From Chrysomallon squamiferum (Eukaryota > Animalia > Mollusca): a stretch of DNA of 64,000 bases. Position 1 is the stretch's first letter, and each line of letters opens with the position of its first letter. A program made the position numbers and the translations under genes. The stretch lies in the NCBI GenBank assembly GCA_012295275.1, contig CM022667.1, positions 13,888,001 through 13,952,000 of the forward strand, written 5' to 3'. The notes beneath the pieces were generated by a model. The model ran no database searches. It was not told the origin of the DNA and saw only the letters and a program-made list of their open reading frames with translations. Of this stretch, positions 15,959-29,607 are shown one piece after another.

Positions 15959-17154
15959 ACCTTGGTCCTTCTCTTTCACTGAATGTATTTCCCACATAAC
16001 AAATAATAAAATAAACATAACTATACTTTAGTTTAGCTAAGGAAATGCTGGCTTGTCTGGTTAAAACAGATTGCGAAACAACGCTCATGATTTTTGGACC
16101 AGTACCACAACTGAAGGAGACCATAAAGTATAATTGTGGTTGGTCCGTTTTCATACGTAGTGATTCTTGTCTTTTTAGTACAGCTACTGATACTCTGCTG
16201 CTACTACTACTACTACAAATAATAATATTTATTAAGAATACTGTTTCTTAACTACTGGATGTAATTTCTTACATCTCTTAATTAGAAATCAACTATATAT
16301 ATAATCAGTTAGTTCCTGTACATATATGCAAAACGATACATACATATTTACATTCATACATACATGCACACATCCATACTTACATATACAACACATATCT
16401 ATTTACATGCATACAGAGATACATACATATATTTACATAAACACATACGTACCTATATACATTCATACCTACATATCAATATAATTATAACAGTCAGTTT
16501 CTAATAATATTTCAGTTGAAAAAAATATGTCTGCTGCACATAGCAAAGGTAGGTGGTTTTAAATAATTATGTTAACTAGAATATTTTTGAAAAGGGTATT
16601 TAATTATGCTTAAGGGTTAATCTTTGCTATTAAATCAACTTGATGTGTTTGATGTACTCCCTAATTCTTGGTTTCTACAGACCAGTCTTTGATTGTAACA
16701 ATTAATAATGATGTCACATGCGGATGTTATCTTAAGGTCCAGCTTTATTAATAACAATGTTGATTTAATGCTAGATTTAAAAATAATCACTAGGAAATAC
16801 AGCATATTCATTTAGATAATTATTGACACGTTTTAAGTAGAAATACATCTACGTTGAAGCTGTTCTCCTGTATTGCGCATTTTGTTCGTATTGTAATATG
16901 ATGTCTTTTAATTTCTATTTCTGTCGATCCTCTGATATCACAGGATTAATATTTCTGAGTGTACATATTAGTTTATTTCCTGTATTAGCCTGTGAAAATC
17001 TATCTTTTTTGTCACATATAACTGTTAATGTTAAAATTAATCAGCAAGTATTAAGTGATTAAATTTTTGTTTTCCAGGTGAGCACCAAGCACGTAGATCT
17101 CTGTTCTCGATGTGGATTGGAGTGATAATCGCGCTCGCTATTTTAAACAAATAA
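14730..17154 (+). CDS. Gene B: six-Cys GPI-anchor-like protein, 120 aa
   Basis: Exons 14730-14763, 15303-15414, 16032-16138, 16516-16548, 17078-17154. MKILLALCMLSVRIHLAFCKCDVEGAKRCNEVMLQDLAKMNGTRLENCRLAKEMLACLVKTDCETTLMIFGPVPQLKETIKYNCVEKNMSAAHSKGEHQARRSLFSMWIGVIIALAILNK. Confidence 0.9.
15461..15595 (+). repeat. 35-bp minisatellite x~4 in gene B intron 2
   Basis: TTATTTATATTTGTATTTATGTTTGTAATATATTT-like units at 15461, 15496, 15531 and 15566. Confidence 0.8.
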
Positions 17155-18415
17155 AATGACATTCAACAAAACTTGTGTGTGCAAACCTCAAAGACTGTTA
17201 TTGTTAATTAAAAAAAAAAATAATAAAAAAAAAAAAATAACAATACTCAACTAATCTCCAGTTTTAAAGTCAGTTAAAAAGTTAATTAAGGATAACCATT
17301 TAAAAGCAGATCATTTTTGGCATTATTTGCTAGATGTTTTAACACACACACATGAATGTGCCAGCGTTCTTAAAACACCTGACATGCATAATATGTGTGT
17401 GATTTTGTGACGTTTCTGCTTCATATACAGTTTTCTAGACAGTATCTAGACAAATTACTTGAAACAAAAGATCCATGTTTCAGTGACAAATAGGCAACAT
17501 CATATTATAATTTAATTTATTATTTATTTGCTAAATAAACTGCAGTGGTATATAATTAAGGTCATTTGAAAATTTAAAAACATTCTTGAGCCACCTGACC
17601 TGCAGTTATGTAACATTAAAAAAAGCAGCATATTAATATTTAATAAGTCATATTTTTTGTTTATTTGTTGATTTGTTTAATTGGATAGTTTACATACATA
17701 TGTATATGATACTGTTTGTAAGATTTCTTGAAATCACTGTTTCATCTAGACTTTTCAGTCAATGTCAATAAAACCTCCTTGAACTGAAAGATGCATCTTT
17801 TGCTGAGAAGTGGGCAAGATAAGCAGCATATATATTCAGTGTTCATTTTCAAGACATTAAAGTTTTGCACACATGTTGCCAGAATAAACAGTTCACGGAT
17901 TAGGATAGCGAAGTTATAAATATAAATATGTTTTTAAATGAATTATTTAGGTGTCAAATGTTTTTATCCAGCTTCAGGAAATAAGGCATATAAAATTAAA
18001 AGTAGAAATAAAATAAAAAAAAAAAAATAAAAACATAAAGTGTGTGTGTGTGTTTGTGAGTTTATATATATATATATATATCTATATATATATTCAATCA
18101 TTTGTTATGCCACTATCTAGACATTTGACTTATGCTGTTTTAGCAGATCCCGTACTGACATTCTTATGGTGTATCATCTTGCATAGTACAACAGATAGTA
18201 GAAACAAAAAAAAAAAAAAAAAAAAAAAAATAAAATAAAATAAAAAGACACACCAAAAAACGAAAGAATAAGATATAATTTTCTTTATTTCTTCGTTTCT
18301 TCTTTTTCTTTTTCTTCTTCTTCTTATTATTGTTGTCAATTCGACTTGTCTAAATAAGAAAAGGAAAACAAAAGAAGAAGAGAAAGCTTTCAGGTTCAGT
18401 TAATAAAAGGTTTTA

Positions 18416-18445
18416 GGAAATGACGTAATTTAACAGCAGACGTCA
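18416..18445 (+). promoter_or_regulatory. ETS/CRE-like cassette, gene C
   Basis: GGAAATGACGTAATTTAACAGCAGACGTCA, followed by TTAAGCAG|GTACG (donor-like). Confidence 0.6.
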
Positions 18446-20245
18446 TTAAGCAGGTACGTTGTTCCATTTTATTCTGTATGTCTGCATGAGATCAGAATTA
18501 GTGCTGGTGGGTAATGCTACCATTGTGTTCATTATTTACTATCAAAACTAATTTTAATCTATTCTTTCCTTGCACTTTAGTTCTAGTTTTAAGCAGATGT
18601 TTTATTTAAAAATTTTCTTAGATGAGTTGCAAATGACTGTTGCCAGGTGCTTTTTTTAGATTAGCAACACTAATGAAGTATGTTATGAAAAAAATATTAA
18701 CGTGATCAGACTTCAGAACTTCCTATTTCGTTATAAAGAGTTCTAAACAATTAATAAAATGATCCAAGATGATCAAATATATTAATAAATAAGGAAGTTA
18801 TGTACAGTTCATAGTGTTAAAAACCGCATTTTTTTCTAATGTTTTAGCCTTTATTTCCTCTGAGATTTAGGGTGCCAAAAACGGGCCAGTATTTCCTTAA
18901 ATTTTTAATATAATCAAATGAAAGTTTTTTGATGTATCAGCTGTACAGAGTAATATCAACAATTATTAATAATCAAAAATATTGTTTAAAAGAAACTACA
19001 GTTATGGCGAGGTGGTTTGTAAATGCGGACGTCGCCCAAATACGTCATCTAGATTACGTAACCTAGTTTTAACAATGACAATGCGGATCGGCACAAGAAA
19101 TAATCCAGTTTGAAAAGTTTGATTAAGGTAAAAATGCAATTAGGAGAGGTGTTCTACATCGTGGTTTTGTAATATGAACAACCATCTATACCTGTATTAG
19201 TTTTGTCATAAAAGGTACAGAAAAAGAAGTACAATTGTTGAATTTGGAACAACCATCTAAACAGAGCCCGTTGGACGGGTAAGCGACCTGAACAGTGACG
19301 TCATTAGTGTTTATGTTTCGTCATAAAAATTGTTTGTTCTTTTATTTTCAATTACTTTAGTTAATAAAATGTTTTTATTATTATTATTATTATTATTTAC
19401 TTCGATTGTTAATCTATTGTGTTGCTTATTGTATTTTGCATATACTTTCAGCTCTAGTTAAAAAAAAAAAAGAAAGATAATTACTACTAATTTTATCAAT
19501 TTAATGAAATATCTTCGCAACTTACCTTTTTCCAAGTTACGTTTAAATTCAGAAGAAATACATTCCTATTAATTAGCGGCTGTTGATTAATCATAAAATT
19601 GATTAATATTAGAAGGCTGTTTTGAATTTTTAGGGCATCCCTTTGGAAGAAATAAAATCATTTTAGTTTTCTTGTTTGTTTCTTTTCTTTTTTTGTTTTT
19701 TGTTTTTTCTTAATGGTCCTTTTATATTATTTCTAGCAAAACAAACCCTAAACAAAACAAACCAATCGCCACGCAGGAATCCGCAACTAATAAAATAATC
19801 ATTTATCAATTTTTTAAATGACAAATTTAAATTAATTTTTATATACTATTGTGTTTAGCTCTCTGAATTTTGTCAGGTATATTTACAATTTAACTGCCTG
19901 TTCTTGTATATAATCTGATGTGTTGCTTATTACATTTAGTATATACTCTCTACTTTAACTAAGAATTATGTCTTCGCGTGTTACTTTGTCCAGTGTTACA
20001 TGTAAAAACGTACAAATTGGTTGCTTATGATTAGCGGCTGTTGATTGCTCCTAAATATTTAAAACAAATGTAAGGAGGCTGTTTTGAATTTTTATTATCT
20101 CTGCTTAACATATTGGAAGTTTTTATTTATTTATTTACTTTTATATTAATTCTAGCAAGAAAACAATAAGCAAAACAAAATCTGTCCCGCACTCGTAACT
20201 GAACGAAGTAAAATAATCGATGAAATCTTGAATATCAATAATATA

Positions 20246-20279
<34 letters not shown>

Positions 20280-20332
20280 GATAAATTATTTATCGCACTC
20301 ATTGAGTTCTTACTTTTTGTATACTAGGTAAG

Positions 20333-20669
20333 ATGAAAATACTATTAGCTCTCTGCATTTTGTCAGGTATCATTTTTATTTTATTTTTATTATATTCAAA
20401 TCTAATTTATATCTCAGTAACAAATTTGTTTATGAAATATGTTGTAGGTATACAAAGAATGGCAATAACGTAATATACATTCTGCAGCAATAATATAATG
20501 TGTAATTCATCAAGTCAAATAAAATGTTTTGTAAATTAAATGTAATTATGTATTCTAAAATATTTAGTTATTTATATTTCAGAATCATTTTCAATCATAA
20601 CATTTCACTTTTACGTTAATTCTTATAATTAATTAAGTAACAATATTTTTACCACTGTATAATTATTAA

Positions 20670-20761
<92 letters not shown>

Positions 20762-22612
20762 TCCTATAGTTTCAGTAAGAATTTTGTAAACTGGAATAAT
20801 GTTATTACATAGTATATTTTGGTGGTCTGGTACAGTTCTAAAGAAAGGACTGCGCAACCATAATTACATGGCTATATATTTCAGTGTCAGTAGCCTTGGT
20901 CTTTTGTGCATGTGATCTAAAAGCAGCGAATAGGTGCTTTGGGAAGATGTTAGACGATATGTCAAATTCGAATGGAACCAAATCAGAAAACTGCCGGTAT
21001 GTTTTTTTGTTTATCTATAGATCTCTGTTTTTATTTATTCATTTATTATAAATTTTTCTATTTATATTTGTTTTTATTTAGTTGTATAGTTATTTATCTG
21101 TATATTTTTTATTATTATTATTTTTTTTTATTAATGTTGTTTTTATAGATCTATACAGTACATAGGTATAGACACATGTTATTTATTTATTTACAATTGA
21201 TTATTATTATTATTATTTTTTTTTCATTCATTCCTTATCAGCATTAAGCCTCTTATTTAGTTATTTATTTTTTTTTTTATTTTTTTTTTATTTATATTTT
21301 CACTTTTTGTTGTTGTAGTATTAAACCACAGTTTCTTCTCTTTCATTAAATGTGTTTGCGACATAAAAAATAATGAAATAAACATAACTATATTTCAGTT
21401 TAGCTCGGATGAATATGGTCTGTCTGGTGAAATCAGAATGTCAGACTTCTCTCAAGGTGTTAGGACCACTATCACAACTCAAGCAGACCATCAAGAATAA
21501 CTGCGGTTGGTCCGTCTTTATACGTAGTGATTCTTGACTTTTTAATACTGCTATTGTACTACTACTACTACTATACTACCACCACCACAACTACTAATTA
21601 GAATAATATTCAGCAATAATTCAGCCCATTTGCACTAACGGTAAGAATAGAGTGTTTACTGCTGGATGTCATTTCCTACTTCTGGTTTCTATATATATTC
21701 AACTGTATATATATATATTCAGTGTACTTCCTATAGATATATGGAAAAATTACACACATATATAGAGGTTCAAACATGCATACATACTATACATACAAAC
21801 ATACTTACCTACATACATACAAACATACTTACCTACTTAAAACATTCTCTGAGACATGCATACAGAGATCCATTCATACTTTCATAAACACATACATACA
21901 CACATAAAAACATATCTACATTTCAGTATAATTATAGCAATCAGTTTCTAATGTATCAGGTGAGGAAAAACCATATGCAGCACATAACAAAGGTAGGTGG
22001 TTTTAAATAATTATGTTAACTAAAAGATTTTTGAAAAGGGTATTTAATTATGCTTAAGTTTTAAATTTTGTTATTAAACAACTTGATGTGTCTGATGTAC
22101 TGACTAATTTTTGGTTTCTACAGATCTGTTTTTTTATTTAATAATCAATAATTATGTCAATGACGGTTGTAATCTTAAGGTCCTGCTTTATTAATAACTT
22201 TATTAATATTGATTGCCAGATTTAAAAATAATCACTAGGAAATATAGCGTATTCATTTAGATAATTATAGACACGTTTTAATTTGCAATACGTCTACGTT
22301 CAAGTTGTTCTCCTTTACTGAAGATTTTGTTCGTACTGTAATATGATGGCTTTTAATTTCGAATTCTGTCGATCGGTTAGAGTCATCCTCTGATATAATA
22401 GGATACATATTTCTCTGTGCACAAATTGGTTTATTTCCTGTATTAGCCTGTGGAAATCTATCTGTTTTATCACATATAACTGTTAATGTTAAAATGAACC
22501 ACTAAGTATTAAGTGCTTACATTTTTGTTTTTTAGCTGAGCACCAGGCACGTAGATCTCTGTTCTCGATGTGGATTGGAGTGATAATCGCGCTCGCTATT
22601 TTAAACAAATAA
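20333..22612 (+). CDS. Gene C: six-Cys GPI-anchor-like protein, 120 aa
   Basis: Exons 20333-20366, 20885-20996, 21399-21505, 21960-21992, 22536-22612. MKILLALCILSVSVALVFCACDLKAANRCFGKMLDDMSNSNGTKSENCRLARMNMVCLVKSECQTSLKVLGPLSQLKQTIKNNCGEEKPYAAHNKAEHQARRSLFSMWIGVIIALAILNK. Confidence 0.9.
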
Positions 22613-22787
22613 AATGACATTCAACGAAACTTGTGTGTGCAAACGGCAAAGATTGTTATTGTTCATTAAAAAAAAAAAAAAAAAAAAAATCAGATAAAAT
22701 AATTTCCAGCTTTAAGGTCACTTGAAAAATCAATTAAGGATAACCATTTAAAAGCAGATCATTTTTGGCATTATGTACTAGATGTTT

Positions 22788-22845
<58 letters not shown>

Positions 22846-23887
22846 GAATGTGCCAGTATTCTTAAAACACCTGACATGCATAATATGTGTGTGATTTCGT
22901 GACGTTTCTGCTTCATATACAGTTTTCTAGAGAGTGTCTAGACAAATTACTTGAAACCAAAGATCCATGTTTCAATGACAAATAGGCAACATCATATTAT
23001 AATTTAATTTATTTTTTATTTGCTAAATAAACTGCAGTGGTGTATAATTAAGGTCATTTGAAAAAATAAAAACATTCTTGAGCCACCTGACCTGCAGTTA
23101 TGTAACATTAAAAAAACAGCATATTAATATTTAATAAGTCATATTTTTTGTTTATTTGTTTAATTGGATAGTTTACATACATATGTATGTGATACTGTTT
23201 GTAAGATTTCTTGAAATCACTGTTTCATCTAGACTTTTCAGTCAATGTCTATAAAACCTCCTTGAACTGAAAGATGCAGCTTTTGCTGAGAAGTGGGCAA
23301 GATAATCAGCACATATTCAGTGTTCATTTTCAAGACATTAAAGTTTTGCACAGATATTGCCAGAATAAACAGTTCACGGATTAGGATAGCGAAGTTATAA
23401 ATATAAATATGTTTTTAAATGAATAATTTAGGTGTCAAATGTTTTTATCCAGCTTCTGTTCTTGAAGAATGTCTTTAGGGAAATAAGGCATATAAAATTA
23501 AAAGTAGAAATAAAAAATAAAAATAAATAAAAATAAAGTGTGTGTGTGTGTTTGTGAGTTTATATATATATATATATATATTCAATCATTTGTTATGCCA
23601 CTATCTAGACATTTGACTTATGCTGTTTTAGAAGATCCCGTACTGACAGGGATTCGACCGTTCCAACATTCTTATGGTGTATCACCTTGCATAGTAGAAC
23701 AGATAGTAGAACAAATAAAAAAATAAAAATAAAAAAAACGAAAGAATAAGATATAATTTTCTTTATTTCTTCGTTTCTTCTTTTTCTTTTTCTTCTTATA
23801 TTTATTGTCAGTTCGACTTGTCTGAATAAGGAAAGGAAAACAAAAGAAGAAGAGAAAGCTTTGAGGTTCAGTTAATAAAAGATTTGA

Positions 23888-23917
23888 GGAAATGACGTAA
23901 TTTAACAGCAGACGTCA
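23888..23917 (+). promoter_or_regulatory. ETS/CRE-like cassette, gene D
   Basis: GGAAATGACGTAATTTAACAGCAGACGTCA. Confidence 0.6.
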
Positions 23918-24921
23918 TTAAGCAGGTGCGTTGTTCCATTTTATTCTGTATGTCTGCATGAGATCAGAATTAGTGCTGGTGGGTAATGCTACCATTCTGT
24001 TCATTATTTACTATCAAAACTAATTTTAATCTATTCTTTCCTTGCACTTTAGTTCTAGTTTTAAGCAGATATTTTATTTAAAAATTTTCTTAAATGACTG
24101 TTGCCAGGTGCTTTTTTTAGATTAGCAACACTAATGAAGTATGTTATGAAAAAAATATTAACGTGATCAGACTTCAGAACTTCCTATTTCGTTATAAAGA
24201 GTTCTAAACAATTAATAAAATGATCCAAGATGATCAAATATATTAATAAATAAGGAAGTTATGTACAGTTCATAGTGTTAAAAACCGCATTTTTTTTCTA
24301 ATGTTTTGGCATTTACTTCCTCTGAGATTTAGCAATAACAGGGTGCCAAAAACGGGCCAGTATTTCCTTAAATTTTTAATATAATCAAATGAAAGTTCCT
24401 TGATGTATCAGCTGTACAGAGTAATATCAACAATTATTAATAATCAAAAATATTGTTTAAAAGAAACTACAGTTATGGCGAGGTGGTTTGTAAATGCGGA
24501 CGTCGCCCAAATACGTCATCTAGATTACGTAACCTAGTTTTAAGACTGACAATGCGGATCGGCACAAGAAATAATCCAGTTTGAAAAGTTTGATTAAGGT
24601 AAAAATGCAATTAGGAGAGGTGTTCTACATCGTGGTTTTGTAATATGAACAACCATCTATACCTTTATTAGTGTTACGTCATAAAAGGTACAGAAAAGGA
24701 CGTACAATTATTGAATTTGGAACTTTAAAACCCTTATGTTGCAATACCTCCAGTAAACAGAGCACCTGGAAGTGGACGGGTAAGCGACCTGATCAATGAC
24801 GTCACTTGACTTTTGAACAGTAGGTTATGTTTCCGAAATCTCAGCAATATTTACACAATCAACATAACTTACTTGTTAATTGCTTGTTCTTTTATTTTCA
24901 ATTACTTTAGTTAATAAAACG

Positions 24922-24958
<37 letters not shown>

Positions 24959-25460
24959 TACTTCATTTATTAATCTATTGTGTTGCTTATTGTATTTTGC
25001 ATATACTTTCAGCTCTAGTTAAAAAAAATTAAGATAATTGCTACTAATTTTATCAATTTAATGAAATATCTTCGCAACTTACCTTTTTCCAAGTTACGTT
25101 TAAATTCAGAATAAATACATTCCTATTAATTAGCGGCTGTTGATTAATCATAAAATACTTAAGATTAATATTAGAAGACTGTTTTGAATTTTTTAGGGCA
25201 TCCCTACTTAGATGAAATAAAATCATTTTAGTTTTCTTGTTTGTTTCTTTTTGTTTTTTTTTTTTTTTGTTTTCTTAATGGTCCTTTTATATTATTTCTA
25301 GCAAGCAAACCCTAAACAAAACAAACCAATCGCCACGCAGGAATCCGCAACTAATAAAATAATCGGTAAAATCTTGAATATCAATGATTTTTAAATGACA
25401 AATTAAGGATAAATCGTTTATCGCACTCATTGAGTCATTACTTTTTATATACTAGGTAAT

Positions 25461-25494
25461 ATAAAGATACTATTAGCTCTCTGAATTTTGTCAG
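25461..25494 (+). pseudogene. Dead duplicate of coding exon 1 upstream of gene D (eroded counterpart at about 19843-19876 upstream of C)
   Basis: ATAAAGATACTATTAGCTCTCTGAATTTTGTCAG|gt: ATG>ATA and TGC>TGA relative to functional exon 1. The splice sites are intact. Confidence 0.85.
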
Positions 25495-25950
25495 GTATCA
25501 TTTAATTTTTTTTTTTTTAAAATATAATTTGTCTTTAACTGCCTGTTCTTGTATTTTGGACTGTTTTAGTTAATAAAATGCTGTTTTACAACATTTATTA
25601 ATCTGATGTGTTGCTTATTACATTTAGTATATACTCTCTACTTTAACTAAGAATTATGTCTTCGCGTGTTACTTTGTCCAGTGTTACATGTAAAAACGTA
25701 CAAATTGGTTGCTTATGATTAGCGGCTGTTGATTGCTCCTAAATATTTAAAACAAATGTAAGGAGGCTGTTTTGAATTTTTATTATCTCTGCTTAACATA
25801 TCGGAAGTTTTTATTTATTTATTTACTTTTATATTAATTCTAGCAAGAAAACAATAAGCAAAACAAAATCTGTCCCGCACTCGTAACTGAACGAAGTAAA
25901 ATAATCGATGAAATCTTGAATATCAATAATATATATTTTTTTTTTTAAAG

Positions 25951-25983
<33 letters not shown>

Positions 25984-26037
25984 AGATAAATTATTTATCG
26001 CACTCATTGAGTTCTTACTTTTTGTATACTAGGTAAG

Positions 26038-26404
26038 ATGAAAATACTATTAGCTCTCTGCATTTTGTCAGGTATCATTTTTATTTTATTTTTATTATAT
26101 TCAAATCTTGCACAAAAGTACATTCACATATCTATAATTTATATCTCAGTAACAAATTTGTTTATGAAATATGTTGTAGGTATACAAAGAATGACAATAA
26201 CGTAATATACATTCTGCAGCAATAATATAATGTGTAATTCATCAAGTCAAATAAAATGTTTTGTAAATTAAATGTAATTATGTATTCTAAAATATTTAGT
26301 TATTTATATTTCAGAATCATTTTCAATCATAACATTTCACTTTTACGTTAATTCTTATAATTAATTAAGTAACAATATATTTTATAACTGCATACTTTCT
26401 AAAT

Positions 26405-26486
<82 letters not shown>

Positions 26487-28305
26487 CCTATAGTTTCAGT
26501 AAGAATTTTGTAAACTGGAATAATTTTATTACATAGTATATTTTGGTGGTCTGGTACAGTTCTAAAGAAATGACTGCGCAACCATAATTACATGGCTATA
26601 TATTTCAGTGTCAGTAGCCTTGGTCTTTTGTGCATGTGATCTAAAAGCAGCGAATAGGTGCTTTGAGAAGATGTTTGACGATATGTCAGATTCGAATGGA
26701 ACCAAATCAGAAAACTGCCGGTATGTTTTTTTTGTTATCTATAGATCTCTGTTTTTATTTATTCATTTATTATTAATTCATCTATTTATATTTGTTTTTA
26801 TTTAGTTGTATAGTTATTTATCTGTTTATTTTTTATTATTATTATTTTTTATTAATGTTGTTTTTATAGATCTATACAGTACATAGGTATAGACACATGT
26901 TATTTATTTATTTACAATTGATTATTATTATTATATATATATTTTTTTCATTCATTCCTTATCAGCATTAAGCCTATTATTTAGTTATTTATTTTAATTT
27001 TTTTTATATTTTTATTTATATTTTCACTTTTTGTTGTTGTAGTATTAAACCACAGTTTCTTCTCTTTCATTAAATGTGTTTGCGACAAAAAAAATAATAA
27101 AATAAACATAACTATATTTCAGTGTAGCTCGGATGAATATGGTCTGTCTGGTGAAATCACAATGTCAGACTTCTCTCAAGCTGTTAGGATCACTAGCACA
27201 ACTGAAACAGACCATCAAGAATAACTGCGGTTGGTCCGTCTTTATACGTAGTGATTCTTGACTTTTTAATACTGCTATTGTACTACTACTACTACTATAC
27301 TACCACCACCACAACTACTAATTAGAATAATATTGAGCAATAATTCAGCCCATTTGCACTAACAGTAAGAATAGAGTGTTTATTACTGGATGTCATTTCC
27401 TACTTCTGGTTACTATATATATTCAACTGTATATATATATTCAGTGTAGTTCCTATACATATATGGAAAAATTACACACATATATAGAGGTTCAAACATG
27501 CATACATACTATACATACAAATATACTTACCTATTTAAAACATTCTCTGATACATGCAAACAGAGATGCATTCAAACTTTCATAAACACATACATACACA
27601 CATAAAAACATATCTACATTTCAGTATAATTACAGCAATCAATTTCTAATGTATCAGGTGAGAAAACGACACATCTTGCACAAAGCAAAGGTAGGTGGTT
27701 TTAAATAATTATGTTAACTAAAAGATTTTTGAAAAGGGTATTTAATTATGCTTAAGTTTTAAATTTTGTTATTAAACCAACTTGATGTGTCTGATGTACT
27801 CACTAATTTTTGGTTTCTACAGATCAGTTTTTATATTTAATAATCAATAATTATGTCAATTACGGTTGTAATCTTAAGGTCCAGCTTTATTAATAACAAT
27901 GTTGATTGCCAGATTTAAAAATAATCACTAGGAAATATAGCGTATTCATTTAGATAATTATAGACACGTTTTAATTTGCAATACGTCTACGTTCAAGTTG
28001 TTCTCCTTTACTGAAGATTTTGTTCGTACTGTAATATGATGGCTTTTAATTTCTATTTCTGTCGATCGGTTAGAGTCATCCTCTGATATAATAGGATACA
28101 TATTTCTCTGTGCACAAACTGGTTTATTTCCTGTATTAGCCTGTGGAAATCTATCTGTTTTATCACATATAACTGTTAATGTTAAAATGAACCACTAAGT
28201 ATTAAGTGATTACATTTTTGTTTTTTAGCTGAGCACCAGGCACGTAGATCTCTGTTCTCGATGTGGATTGGATTGATAATCGCGCTCGCTATTTTAAACA
28301 AATAA
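26038..28305 (+). CDS. Gene D: six-Cys GPI-anchor-like protein, 120 aa
   Basis: Exons 26038-26071, 26609-26720, 27123-27229, 27658-27690, 28229-28305. MKILLALCILSVSVALVFCACDLKAANRCFEKMFDDMSDSNGTKSENCRVARMNMVCLVKSQCQTSLKLLGSLAQLKQTIKNNCGEKTTHLAQSKAEHQARRSLFSMWIGLIIALAILNK. Confidence 0.9.
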
Positions 28306-28476
28306 AATGACATTCAACGAAACTTGTGTGTGCAAACGGCAAAGATTGTTATTGTTCATTAAAAAAACAAAACAAAAATCAGATAAAATAATTTCCAGCT
28401 TTAAGGTCACTTGAAAAATCAATTAAGGATAACCATTTAAAAGCAGATCATTTTTGGCATTATTTGCTAGATGTTT

Positions 28477-28515
<39 letters not shown>

Positions 28516-29577
28516 TATGAATGTGCCAGTATTCTTAAAACACCTGACATGCATAATATGTGTGTGATTTCGTGACATTTCTGCTTCATATACAGTTTTC
28601 TAAAGAGTGTGTAGACAAATTACTTGAAACAAAAGATCCATGTTTCAGTGACAAATAGGCAACATCATATTATAATTTAATTTATTTTTTATTTGCTAAA
28701 TAAACTGCAGTGGTATATAATTAAGGTCATTTGAAAAAATAAAAAGCATTCTTGAGCCACCTGACCTGCAGTTCTGTAACATTAAAAAAACAGCATATTA
28801 ATAATTAATAAGTCATATTTTTTGTTTATTTGTTTAATTGGATAGTTTACATACATATGTATGTGATACTGTTTGTAAGATTTCTTGAAATCACTGTTTC
28901 ATCTAGACTTTTCAGTCAATGTCTATAAAACCTCCTTGAACTGAAAGATGCATCTTTTGCTGAGAAGTGGGCAAGATAAGCAGCATATTAATATTCAGTG
29001 TTCATTTTCAAGACATTAAAGTTTTGCACAGATATTGCCAGAATAAACAGTTCACGGATTAGGATAGCGAAGTTATAAATATAAATATGTTTTTAAATGA
29101 ATTATTTAGGTGTCAAATGTTTTTATCCAGCTTCTGTTCTTGACGAATATCTTTGGGGAAATAAGGCATATAAAATTAAAAGTAGAAATAAAAAAAATTA
29201 AAAATTAAAAAAATAAAGTGTGTGTGTGTGTTTGTGAGTTTATATATATATGTTCAATCATTTGTTATGCCACTATCTAGACATTTGACTTATGCTGTTT
29301 TAGAAGATCCCGTACTGACAGGGATTCGACCGTTACAACATTCTTATGGTGTATCACCTTGCATAGTACAACAGATAGTAGAAAAATAAATAAAATAAAA
29401 TAAAATAAAAATAAAAAAACACACCAAAAAACGAAAGAATAAGATATAATTTTCTTTATTTCTTCGTTTCTTCTTTTTCTTCTTCTTATTTTTATTTTCA
29501 ATTCGACTTGTCTGAATAAGAAAAGGAAAACAAAAGAAGAAGAGAAAGCTTTCAGGTTCAGTTAATAAAAGGTTTTA

Positions 29578-29607
29578 GGAAATGACGTAATTTAACAGAA
29601 GACGTCA
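29578..29607 (+). promoter_or_regulatory. ETS/CRE-like cassette, gene E
   Basis: GGAAATGACGTAATTTAACAGAAGACGTCA. Confidence 0.6.

Noticed and set aside
19200-19920. Cluster of small deletions in unit C relative to D and E
   Set aside because: It cannot be distinguished from local consensus or assembly error without reads.
26608-26805. Single-exon ORFs overlapping real exons (26608, 31704, 16045, 56985, 57475, 60951, 9972)
   Set aside because: They are exon fragments read through into introns and are covered by the spliced models.
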